A program made the position numbers and the translations under genes. A DNA stretch of 64,000 nucleotides from Octopus vulgaris (taxonomy: Eukaryota): the NCBI GenBank assembly GCA_951406725.2, contig OX597836.1, forward strand, positions 12,090,001-12,154,000. Reading direction: 5' to 3'. Shown piece after piece: positions 40,698-54,224 of the stretch. The notes beneath the pieces were generated by a model that worked only from the letters and a program-made list of their open reading frames with translations, had not been told where the DNA came from and ran no database searches. The first letter of the stretch is position 1, and every line of letters begins with the position of its first letter.

Positions 40698-40896
40698 TAT
40701 AAGTGGGATGACCAGTAAGTGGACATCCATTATGCTAGAGGTAGACCCCATATGGTCTGACCACTAAGAAAAGTTTGTTCTCAAGAAAATTCAGCAAATG
40801 CCAGAAATGTAAGCGAACAAGACAACTGAAAAGATAGAAAATATAAAGATTACCTCTAGCATACTAGATGTCCACTTAGTGGTCATCCCTCTTATA
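40698..40896. repeat. Imperfect inverted repeat, ~46-bp arms
   Basis: tataagtgggatgaccagtaagtggacatccattatgctagaggta pairs with tacctctagcatactagatgtccacttagtggtcatccctcttata. Confidence 0.85.
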
Positions 40897-41021
40897 TGTA
40901 TGTAATATAATTTTTCTGAATCTTTAGGTTTTTCAATATGCTAGGTTTTTCAATATGCTAGGCCAATTTTTCACCTTTATTATTTATATATATATATATA
41001 TATATATAGATAGATAGATAG

Positions 41022-41221
41022 ATATTTATGAAAAAGAAGAGCGGAAATGCTACTTTTTTAAAAATTAGATAAATTTAAATTTCTTTACATAAATACATTA
41101 AAAAAATTGTTTTTGTTTTACATGTTTTGGTTGTTTATTAACCTTATCAAAAATATGTACTTGAATGAAATGTACTAAATTTTAAAAAAGTAGTGTTTTC
41201 GTTCTTCTTTTCCATAAATAT
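41022..41221. repeat. Imperfect inverted repeat with a degenerate hammerhead in the spacer
   Basis: atatttatgaaaaagaagagcggaaatgctactttttt pairs with aaaaaagtagtgttttcgttcttcttttccataaatat; minus-strand TTGATAA-GGTT..AACC-AAAA-CATGTA at 41115-41154. Confidence 0.7.
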
Positions 41222-43046
41222 CTACTTACACATGTGTTACCGCTACATTTTTAAATATATAATATATATATATATACATACATGTACATGTTACATTGTT
41301 AGCTAATGAGTTTAATTCTTAAACAAGACATACTACTTACTCTCCCCGCTCTTTCCATATATACATATATATATGCAAATGGATGGACAGACAAGGGGGG
41401 GGGGGGTCTCTTTCATTGACTAGTTTGTGAGGGGGTTTTGCGGAGGAGTAAAATAAACATATGGTATGCATGTAAATTGCAAAAGGCAGAGGTTATCTCT
41501 AATCAGCAGTTTCTCTAATCTGAATTTAACAGATGGCTTACTGCAGGGGTTTTATTTTAGTTTTCAAAACCTGATACTGCATGCTTAGCAGCAACTCATG
41601 GCTGCGTATATCTTAGTTGATGTGTGCATGTTATTTTTTTTTGTCTGAGTAGGAGTTTTGAAGGTTTTTTTCTTTTTTTTCTTCTGTTAAATGCAAAGCT
41701 ACTTTAATATGGTGGCTGTGTGATAAACAAGCTCATTTTGGAACTACATGGATTCAGGCTCCATCCCACTGCACAGCACCTTGGGCTAGTCTCTTCTACT
41801 AAGGCCATTGGCCCACCAGAGCCTTGTAAGTGGATTTGGTAAACAGAAACTGAAAAGAAACCTTTATATATATGTATTGAAACTCCCTTTGGTCATGACT
41901 GACCATGGGATTGCACCTAGAAAGTTACCCTCCCAGCACAAGTCCAGGCGGCAAGGTTGTTTATGGAAGACCAGCAGTCACCCATGCATACTAGCCTCCA
42001 CTCTCCACGCCACCAGTGTCATCCGGGGATAGGCAAAGGGACCGATACAGTTTGGCACCTGTGACATCGCAAATCATTTCTACAGCTGAGTGAACTGGAG
42101 CAAAGTGAAATGATGACTCTTGCTCAAGAACACAACATGCAGCCCAGTCCGGGATTCAAACTTACAACCTCACGATCATAAGCTCGACGCTCTAACTACT
42201 TAGCCATGTGTACACATATATATATATATTTCAAGGCTATAAGATAATGCATGATTAATTGAAAACAATATGAGTAAATACATGCAGGCATGGCTGTGTG
42301 GTAAGAAGCTTGCTTCCTAACCATATGGCTATGGGTTTCAGTCCCACTGTGTGGCACTATGGGCCAATGTTTTCTTCTATAGCCTTGGGCTGACCAAAGC
42401 TTTGTAAGCGGATTCGGTTATATATATATATTCATATATAAATATAAGGATAGTTTTATCAAAATACCGTCATGAGTGGCAAGCAAATACATACAATATT
42501 AGATATGTATATATATACACAGGGGCACATTGCCTTTATATGTATATATGAGTGTGTGTGCGTGTCTTTGTGTCTGTGTTTGTCCCCCTACCATCGCTTG
42601 ACAACTGATGTTGGTGTGTTTACGTCCCCGTAACTTAGCAGTTCGGCAAAAGAAACCAATAGAATAAGTATTAGTCTAACAAAGAATAAAACCTGGGGTC
42701 GATATGTTCAACAAAAAAAAAAACCCTTTAAGGTGGTGCTCTAGCATGACCGCAGTCAGATGACTGAAAGAATATATGTACTGAGTATGACTATAAACTA
42801 CACCAGTTAGCAGGACCCTGGGGCCCTGGTTTCAGAGTTTAGCCAATATTGTTCCTGGGTCTAATCTGACCCAGAGCGGTAGAACCTGTAAAGGTCCCAG
42901 CTATGGATAAACTAGTAAAACCCCCTATGACTGGGTGGGAGTCGGTAGAATGTAGTCGCTGTACTCCTTGCGTGGCATAAGAGGCAACTAAAAGGGGCAG
43001 GAGTGAAGTGACTGGGAATCCACCTCTCCTAGTAATTCCATATTCC

Positions 43047-43250
43047 TATTTCTTTACTACACACAAGGGGCTAAACATAGAGGGGACAAACAAGGACAGA
43101 CAAATGGATTAAGTCAATTATATCGACCCCAGTGTGTAACTGGTACTTATTTAATCGACCCCCGAAAGGATGAAAGGCAAAGTTGACCTCAACGGAATTT
43201 GAACTCAGAACATAGCGGCAGATGAAATGCTGCTAACCATTCTGCCAGCT
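43047..43250 (-). mobile_element. Nin-like SINE (family B)
   Basis: Reverse complement of the unit seen in the 17.3-18.4 kb array. Confidence 0.8.
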
Positions 43251-43849
43251 AAAGACAGCAGGGTTGACTGAAACAAATAAGAGAATAAAAGAATTAAAAA
43301 GAGAGTAAAGAGTCTTATCTTTGGCAGAATAATCTGAGTGCTTAAAGGGTTAAGCAACGATGATACTGGAATGGTAACTACAAGAATATCTTGATCAAAG
43401 GCCTGCCTGATCAGGACTGACCTGGGGTTACACAACCATAACAGCAACAACAATAACAATTACAACTACTTCTGTATGCTATGATATTTGATTTTTTATT
43501 CGTTTTTTTTTGTCTTTCTTCTTTTTTTGTTGCCTGCTTGTTGTTTGTCCCTCCTTACTTTTTAAGAAAGCAACTGAAAATCTGTGTCATTGATATTCCT
43601 AATCTCTTAATTCTCCACCAGATTTTAAAGAAGATCCTTTATCCTTTTGGAGATTAGCTCAGCAAAAATGAAAAAAAAAAATGAAAAAAAAACTTTAAAC
43701 TTGCCCTCCTTCTTTTATTCGTTCTCCTCCTCCTCCTCCTCCTCCCGTACCTCTTCTTAGCTGATCACTAATCATAACTTAGGTTCCATTAATTAAGGAA
43801 GTTTCTACTTCAACAACTATTTAATTAATCTGTTTGATCTAACCAATAT

Positions 43850-43942
43850 GTATGTATGTACACATATACACATATCTACTGTGATATATCTATATCATAT
43901 ATGTATATATGTATATATTTGTATATATATATATGTATATAT

Positions 43943-43979
<37 letters not shown>

Positions 43980-44309
43980 TATATTATCGGTGTGTATATA
44001 TGTATGGTATGCCTATGTATATATATGTATATGTATATATATGTGTATATGTATATATGTATATATATGTATGTGTGTGTGTGTGTGTGTATGTATATAT
44101 ATATGTGTATGTATATATGTATGTGTATATATGTATATATATATGTGCATATATATGTATGTATATATGTGTGTGTGTATATATATGTGCATATATATAT
44201 ATGTATGTATATATGTGTGTGTGTGTATATATATATGTGCATATATATATATGTATGTATATATGTGTGTGTGTATATATATGTGCATATATATATATGT
44301 ATGTATATA

Positions 44310-44355
<46 letters not shown>
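43850..44355. repeat. (TA/TG)n compound microsatellite
   Basis: Direct reading. Confidence 0.95.
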
Positions 44356-44637
44356 CCTTTGTGTGTTTTATATCATGGGTTTATGAACAATAGCATTGTT
44401 AGTTATTGGTTCACAGCCAGCCAATCACATCATCATCATCATCATCTTTTTAAATGTCCACTTTTCCATGCTCTGGCATAGACTGCACAGAATTACATCG
44501 AGGCATGTATTTTCTACAGCCGGGTGCTCTTCCTCTCGCCAACCCTCACCCGTTTCCAAGTTTCCAAGCAAGGTGATATTTCCCCATGACTAGATATGTT
44601 TTTTTTTTACAGAAACAAAGGACACTGCATGCATAAC

Positions 44638-44905
44638 CATGGGCCTGGGAACAGGGGGTGCAGGTGGTGCAAGCGCACCCCCTAGAATTTTTGCGGAGGG
44701 CAGAACCAAAATTTTCAGCCCTCCTTATTTTTCTCAGGTTTAGAAAACGGTAAATAAAAAGTGATGTGTAAAAAGTAGCTTGAAGTTGGGTTCTGTCTCA
44801 AAGAACAAAACAAAAATAAATAACAAAAAGAAACAAGACCTTGTTTGTAAATATTTTTGGAACTGGGTTTGTACTCCCTGAGCAAATTTCATTCCCGAGC
44901 CAGTG
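44638..44905. mobile_element. hAT-like MITE
   Basis: Imperfect TIRs catgggcctgggaa / ttcccgagccagtg; 8-bp TSD tgcataac (44630-44637) / tgcataat (44906-44913). Confidence 0.7.
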
Positions 44906-45161
44906 TGCATAATAGTTTCACTGGTTTACAGCACCACATGATGTGAAGGCAAGAATGCCGTAACAGATCCACCCATACGTACTTATAATATGCATATATT
45001 AACAAATTTTTAAGCTGTCATGTTTCATATATTTATATATAATTTTAATACAATAATATTTTAAACACGTATATCTTCGTCAGGAATTTATTTGATATTG
45101 AATTTCATGCTATTATTTCATAACACAGTATATAAAACCGCTCGTATCAATGTCTAAATCA

Positions 45162-45500
45162 CCATCATCATCATCGTTTAACATCCATTTTCCATGCTAG
45201 CATGGGTTGGACGGTTCAACTGGGGTCTGGGAAGACAGAGGCTGCACCAGGCCTCAGTCTGATCTGGCAGTGTTTCTACAGCTGGATGCCCTTCCTAACA
45301 CCAACCACTCCATGAGTGTAGTGGGTGCTTTTTACGTGCCACCGGTACAGGTGCCAGATGAGGCTGGCAAACGGCCACGATTGGATGGTGCTTTTTACGA
45401 GCCACCGGCAATGGGGCCAGTCTGGGCGGTGCTGGCTACGGCCACGTTCAGATGGTTCTCTTAGGTGTCACCGGCACTGGTATCACAGCTACAAATTCCA
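45162..45500 (-). mobile_element. Family D (RTE-related) element with three internal units
   Basis: Same structure as 23140-23570, more diverged. Confidence 0.7.
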
Positions 45501-46983
45501 TTATTAATATTTTTGACATTTTATACAAAGAGCAGTTAGTATAAACTCAGTGTATAATATTCTAACAAAATATTGTGAGTTCCAATTGAATCATGTAACT
45601 AATGCCACCCTAACTATTGAGCCATGTGCCTCCACTTTTATGATCCTTATATGATCGTAAGTTTGTTCAATCTATGGTAACCAAGGGTTAAACAGCAGCC
45701 ACAACTGCAAGAATATGGTGGCAGGAAGCCTTTTGTTAGCATTTCCTTTCCTGTTAGCATGTATACATGTTTAGCTTGATCCGAAGAACATCAGGTATGT
45801 GTGTATGTGTGTGTATCTGTGTGTCTGTACACGTGTATATTATCCTCTGTGTGTATGCGTGTTTTCGCGGGGTGGCAAGTGTTTGCTTCAGCTTGGCGCT
45901 AGAGGTTTCGTTGAGGTCATTTAAACGACATGAACAATATCTTAATTAGACTGTCTGCTCCTTGCTGGTTCTTCCTGAAATCCCTATCTATATTTGAAGC
46001 CAAGTGTTCATAGCGCCAAACCAAAAGGAAAGGAAGAGAAAGGGCCGATGAAACCTTTCTTTACCCTTTCCCCAATTATTATTCCGTTTCTAAATTGCTG
46101 GATGAGCAAGAAGAAACAAGGGACATTCGCCTTATTAAACTTACAAATTAAACTATCTTCTAGGGTTTTCCACTTTAATATGTACCCATTGTCAACATTT
46201 ACATAAGGAAGGAAGACATCTCCATCTTGTCCCCTGTCCCCCCCACGTCCTTCACAACCTCCTTCCCACTTTTTCCTCTCACCATTCCTCTTTTCTCCCC
46301 ATCTGCATTCTCCCCTAAATCTTCCTTTCCACCTCTTCCACCTCATCATCATATTCCTTTCCTCTTCCTCATCTTCCCCCTCATATTCCCCTCCTCATCT
46401 TCATTTTCCCCTCTACCTCCTCAACTTCCCATCCTCCTCATCTCCCCTCCTCTTCTACATCTTCCCTTCCTCATCTTCATCTCCCGCTTCCTCCCACTCC
46501 ACCTCACTCCTCCTCTTTCTCTTGCCCCTGCCCTTCTCCCTCATTCTTCACCCCTTCCTCCTCCTCCTGTTTTTCCTGTCAAAAGGAAACGACCACTGAA
46601 GCATAGTCAATTTTACGGTTCAGAAGCCCTTTCTTATAACATAGTTGTGGAGGCATTAACCATTTTCATTATTATCATCATCATTATTATTATTATCATC
46701 ATTATTATTATTATCATTATTAGTTAACCTTCCCCCTTTCTTAATCGAAAATGAGCATGGTGTCGGGGGTCGGAGGTGAGCGATGCGCAATATCCATGAT
46801 TTGCACATTTACAACATTCATTTGCATGAGACACCGAGATGCAGGAATACGGGAAGAAGCATCGCAGAAGAAAATTAGATCTTCATCTTGGATAGATAAA
46901 TCCTTGCAAAAAGTCTTCACTGCGCGTCCAACATGTATCGGAAAATGAAAGCAAAAAAAAAAAGAAAAAACAAAAGTATGGTT

Positions 46984-47925
<942 letters not shown>

Positions 47926-48004
47926 TATGTGACCCTTTTGATACTAATTTGGTCCTGTGACCCCTCACTCCTCTTCCTGGTTCTATGATTATAAGGTTTA
48001 TGTT

Positions 48005-48645
48005 TGAAAGTGATCTAATTTAAAAACCTCATCTCATCAAAATTCCATATTTATGTTCCAAACACCGGCTTAATAATGCCAAAGTTATTTTACCGAATTC
48101 TTCATTATTTTTCAAAATTAGTCAAAACAAAGTACTTCAGCATAGATATGGTAACAAAAGGGTTAAAGTGATCTAACACAAAATCTCCCATGAAAATTTC
48201 AACCTATTTTATATCTGAAATGCTTGTGTAACAATGACAAATTTATTCCACTAAATTCTTCATTATTTTAAAAATTTATTCAAAACAAAAAAAGTTTCTA
48301 TAGAAATACAGCAACAAAAGGACTGATGTGATCCAAATTAAAACCTTCTTTCATGAAAATTTCCATTTTTATTTATGTTCTAAACCAGCAGCTTAATAAC
48401 AGCAAAGTAATTCTACCAAATTCTTTATGAAATTCAAAATTAGTTGAAACAAAGGCAGTCTTCTATTTCAGCAAAACCATGGTAACAACAAAGGGGTTAA
48501 ATTGACCTAAATTAAAACCTACCATCCAAATTTCATGCTAATTTATATTCCAGACACTAACTTTATAAGAACAGTTATTTTACTAAATACTTAATTATTT
48601 TCAAATGTAATTAAAAAGCTGTGTATTTCACAGAAACATTGGTAA
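48005..48645 (-). repeat. Four diverged ~160-170-bp tandem units of a piggyBac-like MITE half
   Basis: Units end in ggtaacaaaagggttaa-like sequence, the reverse complement of the ttaacccttttgttacc start at 55225. Confidence 0.65.
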
Positions 48646-48821
48646 TTTATACTTGTATAAATAGTAATTTATACTTGTATAAAATGGTAATTTATACTTG
48701 TATAGATAGGGGTAAATCTTACACTAAATTTTTAATTCCCGTAATGTTTATATAGATAGGTGGTAGGATTTACTGTGTTTATAATATAGTTGTTGAGGGT
48801 TTCCTTAGGTTTAGCATTTTA

Positions 48822-48867
<46 letters not shown>

Positions 48868-48874
48868 CAAATGT

Positions 48875-49074
48875 GACCGCGTGTGTACCGTTGGCGTTTT
48901 TTTTCCACTGTCTTCCCTTCTCTGGATCTTTCCTTCTCCTATGTTTCCAATGAAGAGCTCCGCTTGAAATGTTAAACCCTCCTTCTTTCCTTCTTTCCTG
49001 AGCGTCCAATAATACTATATTTGTTCCACGTCCTTGCGTTGTTGTGTTTTTTTGTGCTTTCTTGTTTGGATTAA

Positions 49075-49078
<4 letters not shown>
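48875..49078 (+). mobile_element. (TA)n-flanked Penelope-like remnant with decayed hammerhead
   Basis: GUUU-CCAAUGA-A-GAGC-ucc-GCUU-GAAA-UGU-U-AAAC from 48943; CpG-decayed sister of 39341-39540. Confidence 0.65.
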
Positions 49079-49114
<36 letters not shown>

Positions 49115-49357
49115 CATGCCGGTGGCACATAAAAAGCAACCGATCGTGGCCGTTGCTAGCATTCCCTGGCACGTAAAAAGCATCCACTACACTCACAGAG
49201 TGGTTAGCGTTAGGAAGGGCATCCGACCGTAGAAACACTGCCAGATCAGACTGGAGCCTGGTGCAGCCCTCTGGCTTCCCAGACCCCGGGTCGAACCGTC
49301 CAACCCATGCTAGCATGGAAAACGGACCTTAAACGATGATGATAGTGATGATGATGA
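49115..49357 (+). mobile_element. Family D (RTE-related) element
   Basis: aggaagggcatccgaccgtagaaac...gcatggaaaacggaccttaaacgatgatgat. Confidence 0.7.
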
Positions 49358-50032
49358 TTGGAATAAAAAGGTTAAATTGAAATTCATGCCAGCTCCTCCT
49401 TCATACGTCCTTGAACTATTAGTCTTTCTCGTTAGGATCACTCCTCTAATAAATTAATAGCTACCCTCGTTATTTTGTTTTGCTTTTCAGACGTTAATCC
49501 TCTTATGTCTTGCAGTTATGTTTGTTTACATTAGCAAAGGATAACTTTTAGTTGTAAAATATCCCCCCACTTTATCCACATAGCTCCTCCCCCGTTGACT
49601 ATCATAATTGTAATTGTTCCTTTCATAGGCCTCGGGCTAGGTGTGCAATTAATTCTAAAGATAACGAAGAATTTAGTGAAATAACTCATTACTAGGCTTC
49701 TGTTTGGAATGTAAATTAACAATCGAATCTTGATTGACTATTTTAATTTGCATCGTTTTAAACCTTTTGCTACCATATTTATCATCATCATCATCATCAT
49801 TTAATGTCTGATTTCCATGCTGGCATGGGTTCGACAGTTTGACAGAATTTACATTATTTACATTCGACAGATGTTTGTCCTCATCTTGTTTGTTGTTAAC
49901 ACAACATTTCAGCTGATATACCCTCCAGCCTTCATCAGGTGTCTTGGTGAAATTTCAAACCGGGTTCTCATTCCTAAGGTATTTTTCGATGTTATTATTA
50001 TTATTATTGTTAGTGTTCAAGTCACTGCCCAC

Positions 50033-50105
50033 GGGCATATGGCATAGTGGTTAAGAGCGCAGGCTACTAACCCCAAGATTCCGAGTTCGATTCCAAGCAG
50101 TGACC
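50033..50105 (+). other. tRNA-like SINE head (not a functional tRNA)
   Basis: A and B boxes at tRNA spacing with an anticodon-loop-like CTACTAA; acceptor and T stems pair poorly. Confidence 0.7.
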
Positions 50106-50186
50106 TGAACACTAACAATAATAATAATAACAATAACACTGAAAAATACCTTAGGAATGAGAACCCAGGTTTGAAATTTCCCCCAA

Positions 50187-50232
50187 GACACCTGATGAAG
50201 GCTGGAGGGTATATCAGCCGAAACGTTGTGTT
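50187..50232 (+). ncRNA. Minimal type I hammerhead ribozyme motif
   Basis: Identical to 26044-26089. Confidence 0.75.
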
Positions 50233-50666
50233 AACAACAAACAAAATGAGGACAAATATCCATTGAATGTAAATAACGCACATAATCCCTCATCTCTTAA
50301 ATATAGAACAGTTTAACAAAAGCTGATCAGCTGAAGGGCTGTTCAGGCTCCAAGTGTGTTTTGACATGGTTTCCACAACTGGATGCCCTTCCTAGTGCTA
50401 ACCACTATAGAGAGTGTACTGGCTGCTTTGCTTTTTATGTGTAGTAAAATAGTACCTTTGTTTCGACTAATTTTGAAAATAGTCAGGAATTTAGTGAAAT
50501 AACTTTGGCATTATCAAGCTGGTGTTTTTGGAACATAAATTAACAGGATATTTTGATGTGAGATTTTAATTTAGATAACTTTAGAAACATGAACTTGATA
50601 TCATAAAAAGCCAAGGATTGTCTCAGACAGATCAGTTTCAAAATGGTTAAAATAACTTAAAGAATG

Positions 50667-50838
50667 AGGCGTAGGAGTGGCTGTGTGATAAGTAGCTTGC
50701 TTACGAACTACATGGTTCCGGGTTCAGTCTTACTGCGTGGTACCTTGGGCAAGTGTCTTCTACTATAGCCTCGGGCCGACCAATGCCTTGTGAGTGGATT
50801 TGGTAGATGGAAACTGAAAGAAGCTTGTCGTATACATG

Positions 50839-50877
<39 letters not shown>

Positions 50878-51097
50878 ATGTTTGTGTGTCTGTATTTGTC
50901 CCCACAACATCGCTTGACAGCCAATGGTGGTGTGTTAACGTCCCCGTAACTTAGTGGTGTGGCAAAAGAGACTGACAGAATAAGTACTAGGCTTACAAAG
51001 AATAAGTCCTGGGGTCGATTTGCTCAACTAAAGGCGGTGCCCCAGCATGGCCACAGTCAAGTGACTGAAACAAGTAAAAGAGTAAAAAAAAGAGTAA
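50667..51097 (+). mobile_element. Full-length tRNA-derived SINE (family A)
   Basis: Head, (TA)(TG) middle and tail all present. Confidence 0.85.
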
Positions 51098-52110
51098 TGG
51101 AACAGTTTTCTAGCAAAAGAAACAGCAAAAAAATGTAGTCAACACAGAGGATAATTAAACTCGTTTAAATAATTCCGTTAAATGCACAGGCAATAGTTCT
51201 TGAGTTATGTTTACAAGATAAAGAAACAATGTCTTGGACTCAGACGAAGATCGGAACCGCCGGTGTCGTAGTTGGTACCAAAGTCTGTGTTATGTAAACC
51301 AAATCTACTAAAAGTAAACTGCATCTGTTTGGAACCATAACTACAAGAACAGGGGTTGTTTGTCTATTTGTCTACATTTTTGGGGGGTTTTATTTTTGGT
51401 TTTGTTTTACACCCATTTTTTGAAAAAGGTAAAACAAAATTTTTAAAAAATATAATAAAATCAGTTTGAAAATGTTATTTATAACTTTAATCTGTCGGGC
51501 ACTTGGTTTTCTTTTTTTGTTGTTGTTGTTGTTGGTGTTGTTTTATGTTTTTTTGGGGGTTTTTTTTTTGTGTTTTTGTCTTGCTTTTCCACGCTGTTCG
51601 CAGCTAGCTGTTTGCTTTATCTGTTGCAAATATTTGGATACTGATGGAAATCGATACTATTGCTTCTCGTGGTTGAATGTCGATAAAATATATATATATG
51701 TGTGTATGTATATTATAGATATGTGCCTATATATATATATGTTTGTATATGTGCGTATATATACATGTAGGTATGTATATGTGCATATATATATATATGT
51801 ATGTAGGTATGTATATATGTGCGTATATATAGATATATGTATATATATATGCGTATGTATATATAAGTGCCTGTGTATATGTATATATATGTGCGTATGT
51901 ATATATATGTGTGTGTGTATATGTATATATATGTGTGTGTGTGTATATATATGTACATATATACAGATATGTATATATTTGTATGTATACCTATATATAT
52001 GTGTGTATATATGTGTGTGTGTATATATGTATATATGTGTGTGTGTGTGTATATATATATATGTATGTATGTAATGTATATACAGATATGTATATATATC
52101 TATATGTGTC

Positions 52111-52147
<37 letters not shown>

Positions 52148-52519
52148 CACACATAAACAAAAACATATAAAAAACCCACACCCTAACAAAAAAAGCATAA
52201 ACAGAAATGTGAACACGAAATTAGTTTTTCTTTCCAATTTTTATCTTTGCGTTTTTCTCTCTCTGCAGAAGAAATGGCCATTCCTGTAATATACTACCAG
52301 TTTTGGTTTTTAATAATACTGATAACTGGTGTTCGTATGGTGCCCTGCTTTGTCGTTCCAGTCTCAAGAGCTGCTGGAATCTCTTGTTTGGTTTACTCCT
52401 TCGCTTTTGACCTCTTCCAATCATTCTTCATTTATTCGCTCGGCAACGGAGTTTCTGTCGCTGCAGAACTAATCTCAATCTGCGATAAGACTTCCAACTG
52501 CTTTTGCCGAATTGCGCCA

Positions 52520-53045
52520 AATTCCTTCATTCCTTCCTTCCTTCTTTCCTTCATTTGTTCCTGCTGTTCGTTCCTTCATTTCATCCTGCTCTCATTCATT
52601 TCTCTTCCCTTCGTTCACTCCTTTATTTGTTTGTTTGTTTCATCCTTCATTCGTTCGTTCCTTCCTTCATTCAGTTGTTTATTCTTTCCTTCTATTGTTT
52701 GTTGATTTCTTTCGTTTGTTCATTCCTTCCCTCATTCATTCTTTTGTACCTTCCCTCGTTTGTTCCTTCATTTCCTCCTTTCTTTGTTCCCTCATTCATT
52801 CCTTCCATCCCTTGTTCCGTTCCTCATTCATTTTGTTCATTCCTTCCCTTCTTTTCTTCTTTCATTTCTTCCATCCTTTGTTCCTTCATCACTTCATTCA
52901 TTCATTCCTCCCCTTCTTCCTTCATTCCATCTTCCTTCCTTCATTCATTTCTTCCTTCCCTCGTTCATTCATTCCCTCATTCCTTCCCTTGTTCCTTCGT
53001 TCCGTCTTCCTTCCTTCCTTCCCTTCTTCATTCATGCCTTTCTTT
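52520..53045. repeat. (TTCC/TTCA)n degenerate tetranucleotide tract
   Basis: Direct reading. Confidence 0.9.
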
Positions 53046-54224
53046 CGCATAGTAATATACCATAGATATCTTAGGTTTTGTAGGAGACTAGCTTATCAGT
53101 GACCTTTGGCTTCGACTACTCTCTCAAATTTCCCCTCCTTATTCCCACCTCATGTTGCATGCACCTATATCTTGGTTCTTTGGTTAGGATTAAATCCTTG
53201 ACCATTTCAAGGTTAATATCTTCAGAGTTCAGTAACTAATTCCCATAACTAATCCACTGCTCATCAGTTTGTATGCTGTCTCAAGTCAAAGTCAAGTCTT
53301 GGGTTGACACAGCTTGGCACCAGCATCATCGCTGGTGTCGCAGTCAGATCCCAAAGAGCTAGAAACAACAGTACAAAACACCTTTGCATAAACCTCTTCA
53401 GAATTTTCCCCATTTATTTGCCCAACCATTCCTACTTTCTGTGATGGCAGGGTATGATTTGAGAGAGATTTGGCTCTGTTTCTAACACATTGATCAGCCA
53501 CATAGAACCTCCATCATTAGCTCAAGTAATATAGATTTGGTTTTGTATATGTGTAATAATAACAATACGTGTGAGTCAGGTGTGTGTAGGGAAGGAATCT
53601 TCCATAAATTCTAAAACATCACCTTATCTATCACGGAAACTGTAATAAAGCTAACATTATCACTTTATGTGTCATAGTTATTGTTAGCAAATTGGTAATA
53701 AAACTTGTTTAATTTCTTCAGATTCCCAAGCTCTTCTCTATTTTCACCTGTGTTTTACCTGCCGTTTTCCTTGCAAGGTGATATGGATGTCTCTATAATT
53801 AAGAAGGAAATTTGCGATTTAGTGAAATAATATGTATCCGATAATTCATTCCAAGCTGCTCGTTATGACTTTAATCGGCAGAGGAATTATCACATGCATT
53901 ATCTCATCTTAATTCAATCTTCAAATGTATTATTATCTTGGCAAGCTGGCAGAATCATTAGCATTCTGAGCAAAATTCTTAGCTGCATTGTGTCCACCTT
54001 AACGTTCCGAGTTCAAATTCCATCAAGGTCGAATGTGTCTTTTATCTGTTAGGACAGTAGATAAAGTAAGTTGGGCACTGGGGTCAGTTTAATCACACAC
54101 CTACCCCTCATTAAAAAATTACTGGCCTTGTGACAAAATTCGAAATCCTTATTAAACAGTGATTCCTATATATTTCAGTATGCTACTGTTATATAGGTAG
54201 TGGGTAGCGATTTTCTTCACTACT

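Larger units (their letters stand above)
49854..50310 (+). mobile_element. tRNA-headed hammerhead element with an inverted 5' copy (Penelope-like architecture)
   Basis: Arms 49854-50028 and 50097-50276 are inverted; spacer holds a tRNA-like head (TGGCATAGTGG, GAGTTCGATTCC); hammerheads at 49898-49943(-) and 50187-50232(+). Confidence 0.8.

Noticed and set aside
50033-50105. Functional tRNA gene
   Set aside because: Acceptor and T stems do not pair properly; it is embedded in a repeat and treated as a SINE head.
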